Shown here piece by piece: positions 51,788-64,000 of a DNA stretch of 64,000 bases. Location: NCBI RefSeq assembly GCF_006345805.1, contig NC_043003.1, forward strand, positions 12,462,001 to 12,526,000, in the 5' to 3' direction. Both the position numbers and the translations under genes were made by a program. The stretch is from Octopus sinensis. Lineage: Eukaryota. The notes beneath the pieces are model-generated. The model ran no database searches. It was not told the origin of the DNA and worked only from the letters and a program-made list of their open reading frames with translations. Each line of letters begins with the position of its first letter. The first letter of the stretch is position 1.

Positions 51788-54391
51788 ATAATCTTTTAAA
51801 GATGTCACCAGTTGTATCATCTTACTTCACAAATACTATCATCATCATCTGTGAATGGTCTCTAAAGTTTTAACACAAGGATGAATTAGGATGGTGTATT
51901 GGAAGAATAGTTAGAACATTGGGCAAAATGCCTTGCATTACTTGACTCTGTACATTTGTGTATTCAGAGTTGAAATTTCTCCAAGGTCAACTTAGTCATC
52001 TTTCAAAGGATTGATAAAATAAATAACCAGTCAACTACTGAAATGTATTTGATCCACTGATTCTCTTCCATTGAATATATGGCTGTGTGTTTATGTTAAA
52101 AACAATTATCACACAGGTAAATCAAGTCCTTGTTATTAATAAATGTTTGTTGCAGAATACACCCAGACACTGGTGGATTTATGGCATTACCATAGCACAT
52201 ACAAATTTTGGCAGTGAAATGTTCTGTTAATACTTTTAACAGAAAATGTGTGACTGAATATGAGGTTTTGCTAAATTCAGTCCTTGGTTTTTCAATCAAA
52301 TCCAGCTTTTATTCATCTACATCCAAATTGCAAACGCAAACCCTATGTGTCCAGGGATACCAGGAAACTCAGCCTTGTGCTCCAGTTGATTCACTTAGCT
52401 ATTACTTTAGGGAAACTGTTTCACCCTTTTTGTTATTATACCAAACATGACTTTATCTTTAAAATGTTCAGTGACTTGTGCAATAGGGAATTCTATGCAG
52501 GGAATAAAGCGGCAACAGTTAAAATAAGCATGGCAGGCTAATTTTTGAAAGAATCCTCTAAGTGAAATTTTATTTATTTTATGTGTGAGAGAGATAGAGA
52601 GAATCTGAAATAAATGGAAATTGCTAGTAGATATAGTAGGAATCCACAGATAATAACAGTGAAATAGTTGCTGATAACATTAGAAGAAAGTTATGGCAGT
52701 TTTATGTAGGTGAATCAGAAGAAAACTTTGAAGCCAACCCATTGTGAACCCAAGCATGAAACATTGATAAGATTTATTTTATCATGATTCACTTGGTTTA
52801 CAGACTTTGATGAAAAAAACACTATATGTAACTACTTTTTATTTCTGATATTATTGTAAATACTAAGAAACTAAAATGATCGATTCATTTCTCATAGTTA
52901 CAATCGAATGTGAAGTTTCAATTTATTTATCTTTATTGACAAGCTGCTAATCTTGATTTACTAAAAAAAGTAGAGTGAAGTTTATATGTCTATTTAATTC
53001 ACTGTTTGATGCTATGATAAGAGGTCAATTCATCATCTAAAAATACACATCCACTCTGCTTCATCTTGAGAAATTTTATAATCAAATTAATTTGCTCTTT
53101 TTTGCTTCATTTAATTCACAATTCTCAAACATATTGAGAAAGAAGGTCAGATAACTGTAACAGTAATAATTGCCATATTTTTATTTGAGTGTAATATGCA
53201 CTCATATTTAATGTGTAGACTTAACTATGGGCAATAAAATGCTGGTAAAAAGAAATCTTTTGTGTATGCACACAATATATGGGAAAAAGGATTTAATTTA
53301 GATTATTATGATTTGCTGTAAAAGCACATTGAAACAGCTCACTTTTCTTAAATGAAACAAAAAACAGAAGTGCATGTATTGTAAGGTCAACATTACACAA
53401 TCAGTGTTATTCAGTATATTCAAAGTTGTTTACTGAAAACTATCTGATTTTCTGCACATAATACAAACATGACAGAATGAGGTTAAACATCCAAAACAAT
53501 AAACCAGTAAAACTGAAAGAAATTTTCATGGCTGTGTAGTTAAGAAGCTTTGCTTTGCAACAATGTTTTGGCTTAAATTCCACTGCATGGCACCTTGGGG
53601 AAATGTCTTCTACTATAGCAACCAATGCCTTGTAAGTGAATTTGGCTGATGGAAACTATGTAGAAGCCCTTCATGTGTTTGTGTTTGTCCCCCACTGCCA
53701 CCAATGCTTGATAAATGCTGTTGGTTTGTTTATGTTCCCTAAAACTTAACAGTTTGGCTGAAGAGACCAATAGAATAAATACCAGACTTGAAAGTATGTA
53801 CTGGGATTGATTTATTTAAGAAAACACTTCAAGGCAATGCCCCGGTATGGCCACAGTCCAATGACTGAAACCGGTAAAAGATACAACCTGGATTAGCAAC
53901 TCTGGTTCCAATTATTGAACCCCTTAAATATGAAATTACATAAATAGCAACAATAAATGATGCATGTCTATGCTCTGAAGATCTTAAAAATGGCGTCATA
54001 CTAACAGAAGTCTCCTTTTAATTAATAATGTAATGCCTGAACTGCACTTAGTGTACCGATCAACAGGCAGCCAACTTTTCTCCAGACATCAACCTACTGG
54101 CTTGTGTGTGTATTTATGTGTGAACCAACAAGCAAGACTGTTATCATGTAGCTAGACTTGTTACGAATGGCAGCTGAATCTTCTTTAGCTGCAATGTTCT
54201 GTCTCAGATCTGTGTATGTATGTGTGTGTATATATATATATTTCAGTATGAACCAACATGTAAGACCTCTATGTGGTACCTCAACTTATTTCAAACAGCA
54301 ACTAAATCTACCTTAAATCACTACTACCTCTCTTATGTACGTATATGTGCACTAGCAGAAGAGACCATTATTTAAAAGGGCACATTTATTT

Positions 54392-54695
54392 GTGGAGGCG
54401 CAATGGCCCAGTGGTTAGGGCAGCTGACTCGCAGTCGGAGGATCACAGTTTTGATTCCCAGACTGGGCGTTGTATGTGTTTATTGAGCGAAAGCACCTAA
54501 AAGCTCCATGAAGCTCCGGCAGGGGGTGGTGGCAACCCGTTCTACTCTTTCTCCACAACTTTCTCTCACTCTCTCTTCCTGTTTCTTGGGTAATGCTGTG
54601 ATGGACTGGCATCCCATCCAGCTGGGGGAAACACATACACCACAGAAACCGGGCCTATGAGCCTGATTAGGTTTGAAAAGGGCAACGTTTTTATC
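54392..54695 (+). mobile_element. SINE family B
   Basis: Colinear with 63203-63507. Confidence 0.85.
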
Positions 54696-56252
54696 GTTAA
54701 AGAACACTTTAACTCTTTAGATGGTTTATGTGAGAGGTTATAACAAGCTCAGGTGTGGCTTTCTGGTAAGAAGCTTGTTTCCCAACCACATGGGTCCAGG
54801 TTCAGCCTCACTGCATGGAACCTTGGGCAAGTGTCTTCTACTATAGCCATTGGCCAATCAAAACCTTGTGAAGGGATTTGGTTGACCAAAACTGAAAGTA
54901 GCCTTTTTGTGTGTGTGTGTCACTGCCACTTGACAACCAACATTGGTTTGTGTATATCCCTGTAACTTAGTGATTCAGCAAAAGAGACCAATAGAATAAG
55001 TAAGAAAGTTTTTTTTTTTTAAAAGTGCTGGGGTTGATTCATTTAACTGAAACCCCTTCAAGGTAGTGCCCCAGCATGGCCGCAATCCAATGACTGAAAT
55101 GAGTAAAATTGTACATGTAGTAGAAAACATGTACAATTTCGTAATTCCTACTAGCAAATGAAACATGTGTAATGATGAATAAATAATAACAAAAATTTTT
55201 CCAATCTCCTGTGCGTGTGTGTGTAAATAGTTTTTAGCTCCAGGTTTCATAGAGCTAAGAGAGGATAAGAATGGATAGTCTATTACAATATTCTCAGGTT
55301 TGTAACTATTCCTCATAGTGTACCTATGAAGATGTAGCATTAAGCAATTTACCTGGAAACATGTCAAAAATACCTGCAGTAGATATGATTTTTGAGCACA
55401 AGAGCTGATAGCCCAATACTTTATCCATCCAGCCAGTTTGCCTCCACACTTTGTAGATTATATACCTGATAATAATATCTGATATTTGAAGTGTGTCTGG
55501 ATTTTCTTACTTCAAAGCATTTTAGATTTCTTGGTGTTTTATCCTTTTGCAGATTATGTTAGTTTCATTGCATTTTTTTTTTATGAATTTATCTTATGTC
55601 AGGTGCATAAAACTGAAAACTTTAATCTGTAGATAGATCACACCCAAGTTTGGTACATATAAATATATATTTACTTCTTATATGTTATCCATCAATGCAG
55701 GTGTGTAGAATTATTTGGTTTATCTATTCTGTTATTCATTTTAAATCTCAAAATTTGAATCTGAAATTTGAATATAAAATCTAAAACTTACATATTAAAA
55801 ATTAATGAGGACATAAAGGCTTTTAATTTGCAATATTTAAATTATGCATTATGAATGAATTATTGTCTAAGGCAAGTATAAAATGTATATGTGCACTAAC
55901 ATTATAAGTGCAGTAACCATTATAAGCATCGTCATATGCATTGACAAGCAAGGACGGTTAGTTGTGGCTCTTTTCTGTCTCTGCTGTCTATAAAATATAT
56001 TTCTTGTCATTGAAATAATGCTTGACTGAAGTTAAGTATCCAGCCTGAATAGTTCCAATTTATAACTCCCTGGGATGATGTTTAAAAAAAAATAGAAAAG
56101 AAAAGAAAGAGCATGGCTGTATAGTTAGGAAGCTCACTTTGTAATCACATGGTTTTAGGTTCAATCTCACTGTGTGGCACCTTGGGCAAGTTTCTTCTGC
56201 TATAGCCCCAGGTCAACTACTACCTTGTGAATGAATTTGGTAGATGAAAAGT

Positions 56253-56283
<31 letters not shown>

Positions 56284-56842
56284 GCAGTGAGTTGGCAGAA
56301 TTCTTAGCATGCTGGGTTAATTGTATAGTAGCTTTTCATTCAACTTTACATTTTGAGTTCAAATTCCACGAAGGTTTGCCTTTCATCTTTTTGGAATTGA
56401 TGAAATAAGTACCAGGTCAATGCAATCGACTAAACCTAAACCCCTCTCCTTAGATCTCAGGCCTTGTACCTATAGTAGAAAAAAATTATAATTAAAAACC
56501 ACAAAAAAACCTTGTGAAATAGAGCTATCCAGGGTTTCCTGGTCAAAATATTAAATTTATTTTGCCATTTATCAAGCTGATAGAAACATTTTACATGTGT
56601 GTATGCTTATCTGCCATAAACCACTATCACTTGTCAACTGGTGTTGGTTTGTTTACATCCTCATAAGTTAGTTCAGCAACAGACTATAGAAGTACCAGAC
56701 ATAAAAAAATAAGCACTGGTGTGGATTTGTTTGACTAAATCTATCAAGGTGGTGCCCCTGCATGGCTGCAGTCCAATGACTGAAACAAGTAAAAAATAAA
56801 CAGTTACACCTCATTCAATCTGTATTTTTTTTGTCTTCATAA

Positions 56843-57058
56843 GGCGGTGAGCTGGCAGAAATGTTAGCATGTTGGGTGAAACGCTTAGCGGTATTTCGTC
56901 TATCTTTACATTCTGAGTTCAAATTCTGCTGAGGTCAACTTTACCTTTCATCCTTTCAGGGTCGATAAATTAAGTACCAGTTGTATACTGGGGTCGATCT
57001 AATCGACTGGCTCCGTCCTCAAAAATTCCGGGTTTTGTGCCTTGAGTAGAAAAGATTC
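56843..57058 (+). mobile_element. SINE family C
   Basis: 14-bp TSD TTTTGTCTTCATAA on both sides. Confidence 0.85.
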
Positions 57059-59082
57059 TTTTGTCTTCATAAAGAAATTCATCATTTATCATTTATCACT
57101 GGTGGCCAAGAAAGTTTTTGTGGATCCACCAAGTGGCTCTTAATTTAGAAACAGCATGAAGGTGAGGGGTACATTTCAATACTAAGTATATTTACATTTA
57201 TTTAATGCAGGTCTCACTTCACTTAAGCCTTCTGCTTGGATTATAGTCAGTCAACAACTTTTTCTCCACTCTCCTCAATTAGAAGCTGTCATTTCTGCTT
57301 TTTTGCTTTTCCTGACAGATTCCTTTCAGATTTTGCTGTCCTGCATCATATGGTTTCTTGAGTGAAGGCCTTCTTCTCCCAGATCTTGTTAGTTTTGAAT
57401 CGTCAGTGATGCTTCTGTTACTTAGCATTTTTCTAGATTGGGGTATTGGCCCTACACTGACCCATTTTTACTTCTGGAAGAGGTGGTCCATGTTTTGGCC
57501 TCTATCCTCTGACCTGTCCAACATGGGAGGCCATACTAAGAGCTTGCACTTTGCTGGCATAGCTCCCAATGTCATTGAGACACACAATTCACAACACCAC
57601 AACAAGGACAGGACCTTGTGGTGGATCAAATACAGGTAACATTCCAAAATTGAACTGGTACTCATTTCTGTGTCGCCCACTATAGGTACACTGAACTTAA
57701 GAGAGTTAAAACACTTTTCTGAAGACATTCAAAGTCATTTGTAATTGATATCAATTCATAATATCTTTTTGCTTTAATGTATATATTTTCTATCGAAAAG
57801 TAGTTTTATTTTTAGGTTTTGACTTCAGTGAATTAAATTGACAAAGACATTATTTATCACAACTTATTACAAGATTCCTTCAATCGTTTATTTAAAAAAT
57901 GATATAATAAAATTGAGTGAAATACTACTAATCTACTTATTTTTCTTTAAAATCTGTGATGAGTGAAGTTGAAATATCGTCATGTGTGCCTATATGTGTT
58001 TGTACACATACATTCACTGACATAAATAACTCACATATTCACGCAAATACATTATTTATAATTTAGTGATAAATCAATACTATTTAAAATTTTATAGGAG
58101 ACATCACTAAAAGTCAGATAAGATAAGCTTAAAACAGCAGCCAATCAGTAAAATTAAGGCTGCTTTTAAATATCGCACAATTTATAAATATCATAGAGTA
58201 TTGACAGGTGATGATTCATAATGATAGAGTTTTCTGAGGAGGAACCAAAAGAGGGAAGGAGAGAGAGAGAGAGAGGCAGACAGACAGACAGAATGTGTAT
58301 GCGTGTGTTTATTTAGATGACGGCTCTTACTCGACTAGTCATGTTACATTCATTTTCACATTCATCCTAGTGCAAATATAATGAAGAAAGTGAAGAGCGA
58401 GTGTGCGTGCATGTGTGTGAAAGAGGGAGAGGTGGAGTGCAGATTAGTGATTACAATGCTGCACTCATGTAAGATTGTGGTTTTGATTCCCCGGCCAGGC
58501 ACTGCGATGTGCTCTTAAGCAAAGCACTTCATTTCATGTTGCTCCAGTCCACTCAGCTGGAAATGGGTTCCAGCCACAGCCAGGAAATTACCCCTGCAAT
58601 GGACTAGCATCCCATTCAGGAGGGAGTGTTGTAATCTCAGTCACTTATACACCATGGAGACCAAGTTTATACCCTTTGGCATTCAGATTACTCTGTCGAA
58701 TGTAATGCTTTTTTATTCAGATGCAGCACGGAATTTTGTCAGTGAACAGGTCATGGTCTCAAAGCAGCGAAAATATTTTGACAAATTAAATTTAAATGTT
58801 GAAGTGAATCTAACAGTTTTTGTGTGTTTCTTAAACACCTTCCATGCTGCAACTGTTTTCGTTCCAGCACACGCTCTCAGATCGGGTCACTTGCTATGCA
58901 AGTACATCTCCGTAATTTATTCATATTGTTGTGAATTAATCATACATTATTTTGTAGCTTTGAGATTTTTGATGATGCATTTATTTTTTAGAATGATATT
59001 TTAGAGAAGATATGAGGGGCTTGATCTGGCCAGATTTAACATAAAACAAGTAGAATATTTGGGCCTAATATGACCAGTTTAA

Positions 59083-59290
59083 CCCTTTCGTTTCTGTATT
59101 TATTTTGAGATGTTGTGTTTCTTTCAATTACTTTAAATATAACAAAGAATTTAGTAAAATAACTAAGTTATCATTCAGCTAGTGTTAGGAACATAAATTG
59201 TGACTAAGGTTTGGTGGAAGATTTTAATTCCAAACTTATGAAAACAAGACATTTGTACTCAGAGCTAGAGCCGGGTTGGTAACGAAAGGG
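59083..59290. mobile_element. piggyBac-like MITE nested in another MITE
   Basis: TTAA|CCCTTTCGTT...AACGAAAGGG|TTAA. Confidence 0.8.
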
Positions 59291-60667
59291 TTAAATACTA
59301 AAGGGGTAAACTCTGGCCTTATGAGACCCAGGGATCATAATAGATTCACTAGAATAGTGGGGAAGTGATGTAGAAGCCAGGTTTTGAATAATATTTGTTT
59401 ATCAGATAGCTGGTCAGTATATATTGTGCCATTTGTGTGAGACCAGTATCTGCCGCAACTGCAATTTTGCTCAGATTGGTGGGTCTTCTTCTCAAGCACA
59501 ACATAATGGCCAAAGGTCTCAGACATTGCCTCCGTGAAGCCCAACACACAAAAGGAACTCAACCACTTTGCCTTCCTGAGACCCAAAGATACTTGCTCAA
59601 AGTACCAGGCAATAGGAAAGGAACTGAAATCATTTGGTTGTGAAATGAATTTCTTAACCTATGCAGGCACTCTGTCAGTCATGATGACAACGGTTCCAGT
59701 GGATCAGATCAATGGATCATTCTGTTTGTGAAATTAACATACAAGTGTCTGATCATTTTGCAGGACACACATACCCTTCCTGTAATTCTCAAGGAAACTC
59801 ACCATTACACAGAATGTGACAAGGCTGTCCCTTACATATACAGGGACAACTCATTTTTGCCAGCTGAGTGGACTGGAGTGACATGAAATAAAGTGTCTTG
59901 CTCTCAAGAACACAACATGCTGCCAAGACTTGAACTCATGACCTTATGATGATCCGAAAACCCTAATCACTTAGCCACATGCATTACATTTATGCATGGG
60001 CCTCTCCCCCACCTCATGCGTGTAACTTTAAAAAACACCTACAGGAATTAACTAAACATGGCAGCAGGTTATAACATTCTTTTTGTATGGAAACAATGTT
60101 ATCGATAGGATGACCATATGTGCTCCCTCATGGTGATATGCATAATACATTTAATATTTTGCTTATGGAAAAACTATATTTTGTCGAAAAATACTACTGA
60201 TATGACATCATGACAATTTTAACCAATAAGTGTCATTGTATTGTTTTTTTTTCTTCATTTCTGTTTATTTAAAAGTGTTATATATCATTTTATATGCATA
60301 TACTTACATCAGGCGTATTATAGTAATAATAACTCTGTCTGTGCAAGAGAAATGGATGGTGGGAGATATTATGTGATATTTTCCAAAATGTTAGTGAACA
60401 TTGTATGACGATAATCTTGAAACACCTTATCTGGGGTTTTTTTTCTCTGCCAAATTTTTATCTTGTCATGTTAAAAAAAATACTATTTTTCATTATTTAT
60501 ATATAAGGAAATTACTGGTAACTTTCAAAAAAATTCTTGTTTTTAACAGAATAAGAACTCTTTATTTATACTTTATTTCTCTTATAAGTGTTTTTTTTTT
60601 TCCCCTCGATTCTATTTATTCTTGTTTTAGAGTGAATTTCACTTGTTTGTTGTTTGTTTTGTTTCAG

Positions 60668-60730
60668 GGGACGTCAGCAATAACCGCCCTCTAGAACGAG
60701 AGCGTACCTTAGATAGACTTAAGAAAAAAC
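60668..60730 (+). CDS. PPFIBP1: 63-nt symmetric (phase 1-1) exon, probably of liprin-beta: (G)DVSNNRPLERERTLDRLKKK
   Basis: Long U/G-rich tract ttgtttgttgtttgttttgtttcag|GG and donor AAAC|gtaaga. Open only as needed for a phase-1 join to the 47955 donor; frame 0 has a TAG. CpG-rich relative to its flanks, which lack recognisable transposons. Confidence 0.65.
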
Positions 60731-61159
60731 GTAAGAAATAACGTCTTCCTCCTCATCCTCCTCCACTTCCTCTTCCTCTTCATCCTCCTTTCACTATCCT
60801 ATTTAATCAAACTCTTGTTATTTTTAATATTGCTGCCTGCTCTTCACGTCAGCCATTAATCCATTTAATTTACTAATCTGTTTGTTTGTAATCTAAATGT
60901 AGATATAGTCTACATATTCATTAATTGATTTATTTTTAATTTGAAAGAATTTTTTAATTTGCTGATTCCAGAAAAGAAAAAGAAAAAAGTTATTTTTCAA
61001 TTTTGTTTATTCCCTTCATTTAATTATTGTTTTAAAATAGATATTTAAAAAACACTTAAATAATTTTAATATATATTATCATCAACAATTTAAATAGTTT
61101 CTTTTTAGCTTTTTTTCCCTTTTTTTGGCTTTGATTAGATGGATTTGCTGTACAGTAAT

Positions 61160-61400
61160 TTGCTATGTGTCTTGATCATTTGTTACCTTGTCTGTAAGGC
61201 ATTGCATTCTAAGATCTGACCTCATCATTTCTGTCCCCATATCCCACCTTGGTCTTCTTTCACTAATACATTCCACTGACAGCACACAACACTTTGCACC
61301 TATCATGTGTTGTCCATTCATGTTATATGTCCATACCAGCATGGCCATCTCTCCTGCATCCATTGTTCACTACATTTCACAGCCAGCTGTTTCTCTCACT
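61160..61400 (-). mobile_element. Decayed RTE LINE ORF2 C-terminal fragment
   Basis: Minus strand ...KCCVLSVECISERRPRWD...MRSDLRMQCLTDKVTNDQD resembles the RTE GRPRKTW...DLR motif. Confidence 0.55.
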
Positions 61401-61833
61401 TCATTTCTGCTCTGGCTTTTATGCATACTTAAATTACACATCCAAAGGATCATACCTGGCCCGTTTCGCTCCAGCTTCTGCTGATCTACTTTAAATGACA
61501 AAAACTTTCTGCTACACAGCATCACATTCTTCAAACATGCTTCTTGATTTTTACATGATGAGAGAAAGCCTTTGTTTCCAATACCTTTGCAGAAGCCCAA
61601 ACTATAATTATTTCTCTAATATATCTTTATCATTGTCACTGTTGATTATGGTACTATTACGTCAGACAGTCATAAGGCTATCACACCTTCCTCTCATTCT
61701 AAAAGAGTTTACTACATAATCTACTACTTTCAAGCAATACTTTCCAATACATAATTGCCCACAGGCATATGGCATAGTGGTTAAGAGCACGGGCTACTAA
61801 CCTCAAGATTCCGAGTTCGATTCCAAGCAGTGA

Positions 61834-61865
<32 letters not shown>

Positions 61866-61866
<1 letters not shown>

Positions 61867-62329
61867 CCATACTCTGGGATATGCCAATACACATAGATAG
61901 AGAAATTAAGGCCAACAGACCAGATATAGTTGTCAGAGATCATGAAAAAAAAAATGTTTTCTAATTGATGTATCAATACCAGCGGATGACAACGTGTCTC
62001 TAAAAGAAATGGAGAAACTCTCAAAATACAAAGACCTGGAAATAGAGGTAACCAGAATGTGGAATCTAAAAACAGAAACAATTCCTATCATAATAGGTGC
62101 ATTAGGCATGATAAAAGAATATTCAGACAAATACATAACAAAAACACCAGGACTTACAAACACATATAACATACAGAAAATTGCACTACTGGGCACTGCA
62201 CACATCCTACGCAGAACACTTTCCATACAATAACCATCAGAGCATCACAACAAATCACAGCACATACCCAAGGCACACAGAGCTGCGCTCGGTAGTGAAG
62301 TGAAAGCACGATATAAAAAATATACTACT
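61866..62329 (+). mobile_element. 5'-truncated R4/Dong-type (restriction-like endonuclease) non-LTR retrotransposon
   Basis: TILWDMPIHIDREIKANRPDIVVRD [frameshift in an A-run] CFLIDVSIPADDNVSLKEMEKLSKYKDL...LLGTAHILRRTLSIQ*, containing the RPD...D...K..KY RLE motif. Confidence 0.8.
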
Positions 62330-62402
62330 GAATAATAATAATAATAGCAACAACATCAGAAAATACCTTAGGAATGAGAACCCAGATTCGAAATTTCCCC
62401 AA

Positions 62403-62446
62403 GACACCTGATGAAGGCTTGGAGAGTATATCAGCCGAAATGTGTT
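62403..62446 (+). ncRNA. Hammerhead-like motif lacking stem III
   Basis: GACAC-CUGAUGA-A-GGCU(U)G loop CAGCC-GAAA-U-GUGUU. Stems I and II pair; stem III is missing in this copy. Confidence 0.55.
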
Positions 62447-63202
62447 AACAACAAAAACGATGAGGACAAATATCCATCAAATGTAAATAATGTACAAATA
62501 CTTTCCTTGTCTTCATCTTATCTTTTATTTTTTTACTTGTTTCAGTCATTAGACTGTGACCATGCTGGAGCACTGCCTTGAAGGGTGATTGACCCTGTAC
62601 TTTTTTTTAAAAAAAGAAGTCTTGTACTTATTCTACTGGGCTCTGTTGCTGAATCACTAGGTGATGAGGATATAAACAAACCAACACCAATAGTCAAGTG
62701 ATGGGGAGAGGAAACACAAACACACATATGCACACACACATACACACACACATACACACACACCTAATATATATATATATATGATGGGCTTCCACATAGT
62801 CTCCTTTACCTAATTTACTCAGAAGGCACTGGTCAGCCCAGAGCTATAGTAAAAGACACTTGCCAAAGATGTTGCACAGTGGAACTGAACCTGAAGCCAC
62901 TTGGTTACAAAATGAGCTTCATAAACACACAGCCATACCTTATTAATAATTTTATGCACTAAAATTTAAGTCGCTGGACTCTCTTTTGTCAGCTCCACTC
63001 TTGGTAGTTTCTGACTATCTTTCTCATAATATTTTCATCAATCTTCAACTGTTACTGAAGAAAAGCACAGAGATGTCACTCTGAATACTTTTCTCTCTAA
63101 TAACACACAAACTTGAAATTCAAAAGTGGTCTTCCTATCATCCTTAAAGCAATGCTAAATCTCCTTTACTTAGCTTCTTTACTGTTTAGGTATACATTAT
63201 AT

Positions 63203-63507
63203 TGTGGAGGCGCAATGGCCCAATAGTTAGGGCAGTGGACTCCTGGTCGGAGGATCACGGTTTCAATTCCCAGACTGGGTGTTGTGTGCATTTATTGAGC
63301 GAAAACACCTAAAGCTCCACGAGGCTCTGGCAGGGGGTGGTGGTGACCCCTGTTGTACTCTTTTGCCCCAACTTTCTCTCACTCTTTCTTCCTGTTTCTT
63401 GAGTAACGCTGCGATGGACTGGCGTTCCGTCCAGCTAGGGGGAACACATACGCCACAGAAACCGGGCCCATGAACCTGGCTAAGCTTGAAAAGGGCACAT
63501 AAATAAA
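63203..63507 (+). mobile_element. SINE family B
   Basis: 11-bp TSD ATACATTATAT (63192-63202, 63508-63518). Confidence 0.85.
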
Positions 63508-64000
63508 ATACATTATATCTTGTTTTCCCCCATCCACCCAGTTTCTTCAACTCTATCAGTACTTGTCACTTTAGCCTATCAGGATTATCCTTGTTTCCTT
63601 CATCCATCTATTGGTTCTCCATTCATCACTGTTTCTCCTATTTAGCTCAGTTATATTACCTCGAATGAACATACAAATCTTAGGCCAGCGAGAACTCTTT
63701 ATTTTTACTCTGTACAAAGCAACTATTTTTGTCATTGTTGAGTAAATATTTAGTATATTGAGTTATAATTCCAGCTTATAGTATTCAGTTTTATTTCCCC
63801 TTCCACTCTTAGATCCCTCAACATTTCTATAAATTCTGTTGTCCAATGCCTTATATCTTATGAATTTATTTTGTGTCTACTTTTACAGCATTCTTCATTC
63901 TTGGAGAATGTGCACATAAATTTTGTTGATCAACAAGGCAACAAAGCACTATTAACATATCCAGTTGAGGATTCTTTAATAATTTCTTGGTTAAATTAAA

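Larger units (their letters stand above)
61763..62495 (+). mobile_element. Composite: tRNA-head SINE + (AAT)n + inserted LINE fragment + tail with a hammerhead-like motif
   Basis: A-box TGGCATAGTGG (61770-80), B-box-like GAGTTCGATTCC (61813-24), (AAT)n 61838-65 and 62330-45; tail motif at 62403-62446. Confidence 0.75.

Noticed and set aside
61763-61837. tRNA-like sequence (also the heads of SINE families A-D)
   Set aside because: No complete cloverleaf or acceptor stem; these are SINE heads, not tRNA genes.

Overview
AT-rich, repeat-dense animal genomic DNA. The SINE, MITE and microsatellite landscape best fits an octopus/cephalopod genome (inference). No prokaryotic features, CRISPR arrays or true tRNA/rRNA genes were seen. 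The window is almost all intron of one + strand gene. Three short exons (43322-43453, 47847-47955, 60668-60730) splice in frame and encode part of the N-terminal coiled coil of a liprin-beta (PPFIBP1/2-like) protein. No upstream coding exon was recognised in the first 43 kb. The introns hold several tRNA-head SINE families, RTE and R4/Dong-type LINE fragments, two non-autonomous Helitrons, Tc1/mariner deletion derivatives, hAT and piggyBac-like MITEs, and long microsatellites. The most interesting signals are: (1) a consensus recursive-splice-site architecture (71-nt AG-free pyrimidine tract, CAG|GTAAGT, then a 61-nt stop-containing cryptic exon and a second GTGAGT donor) at 2807-2946; (2) five decayed minimal hammerhead-ribozyme-like motifs of the Penelope type at four loci, including an inverted back-to-back pair and one in the tail of a tRNA-headed SINE; (3) a near-perfect 121-bp-arm foldback; (4) a mariner element 21 nt from a coding donor; (5) a symmetric 63-nt exon followed by a YCAY cluster. 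Most listed ORFs are spurious products of repeats. Coordinates were counted by hand. Splice sites, TIRs and TSDs should be exact or nearly so, while repeat boundaries are approximate.
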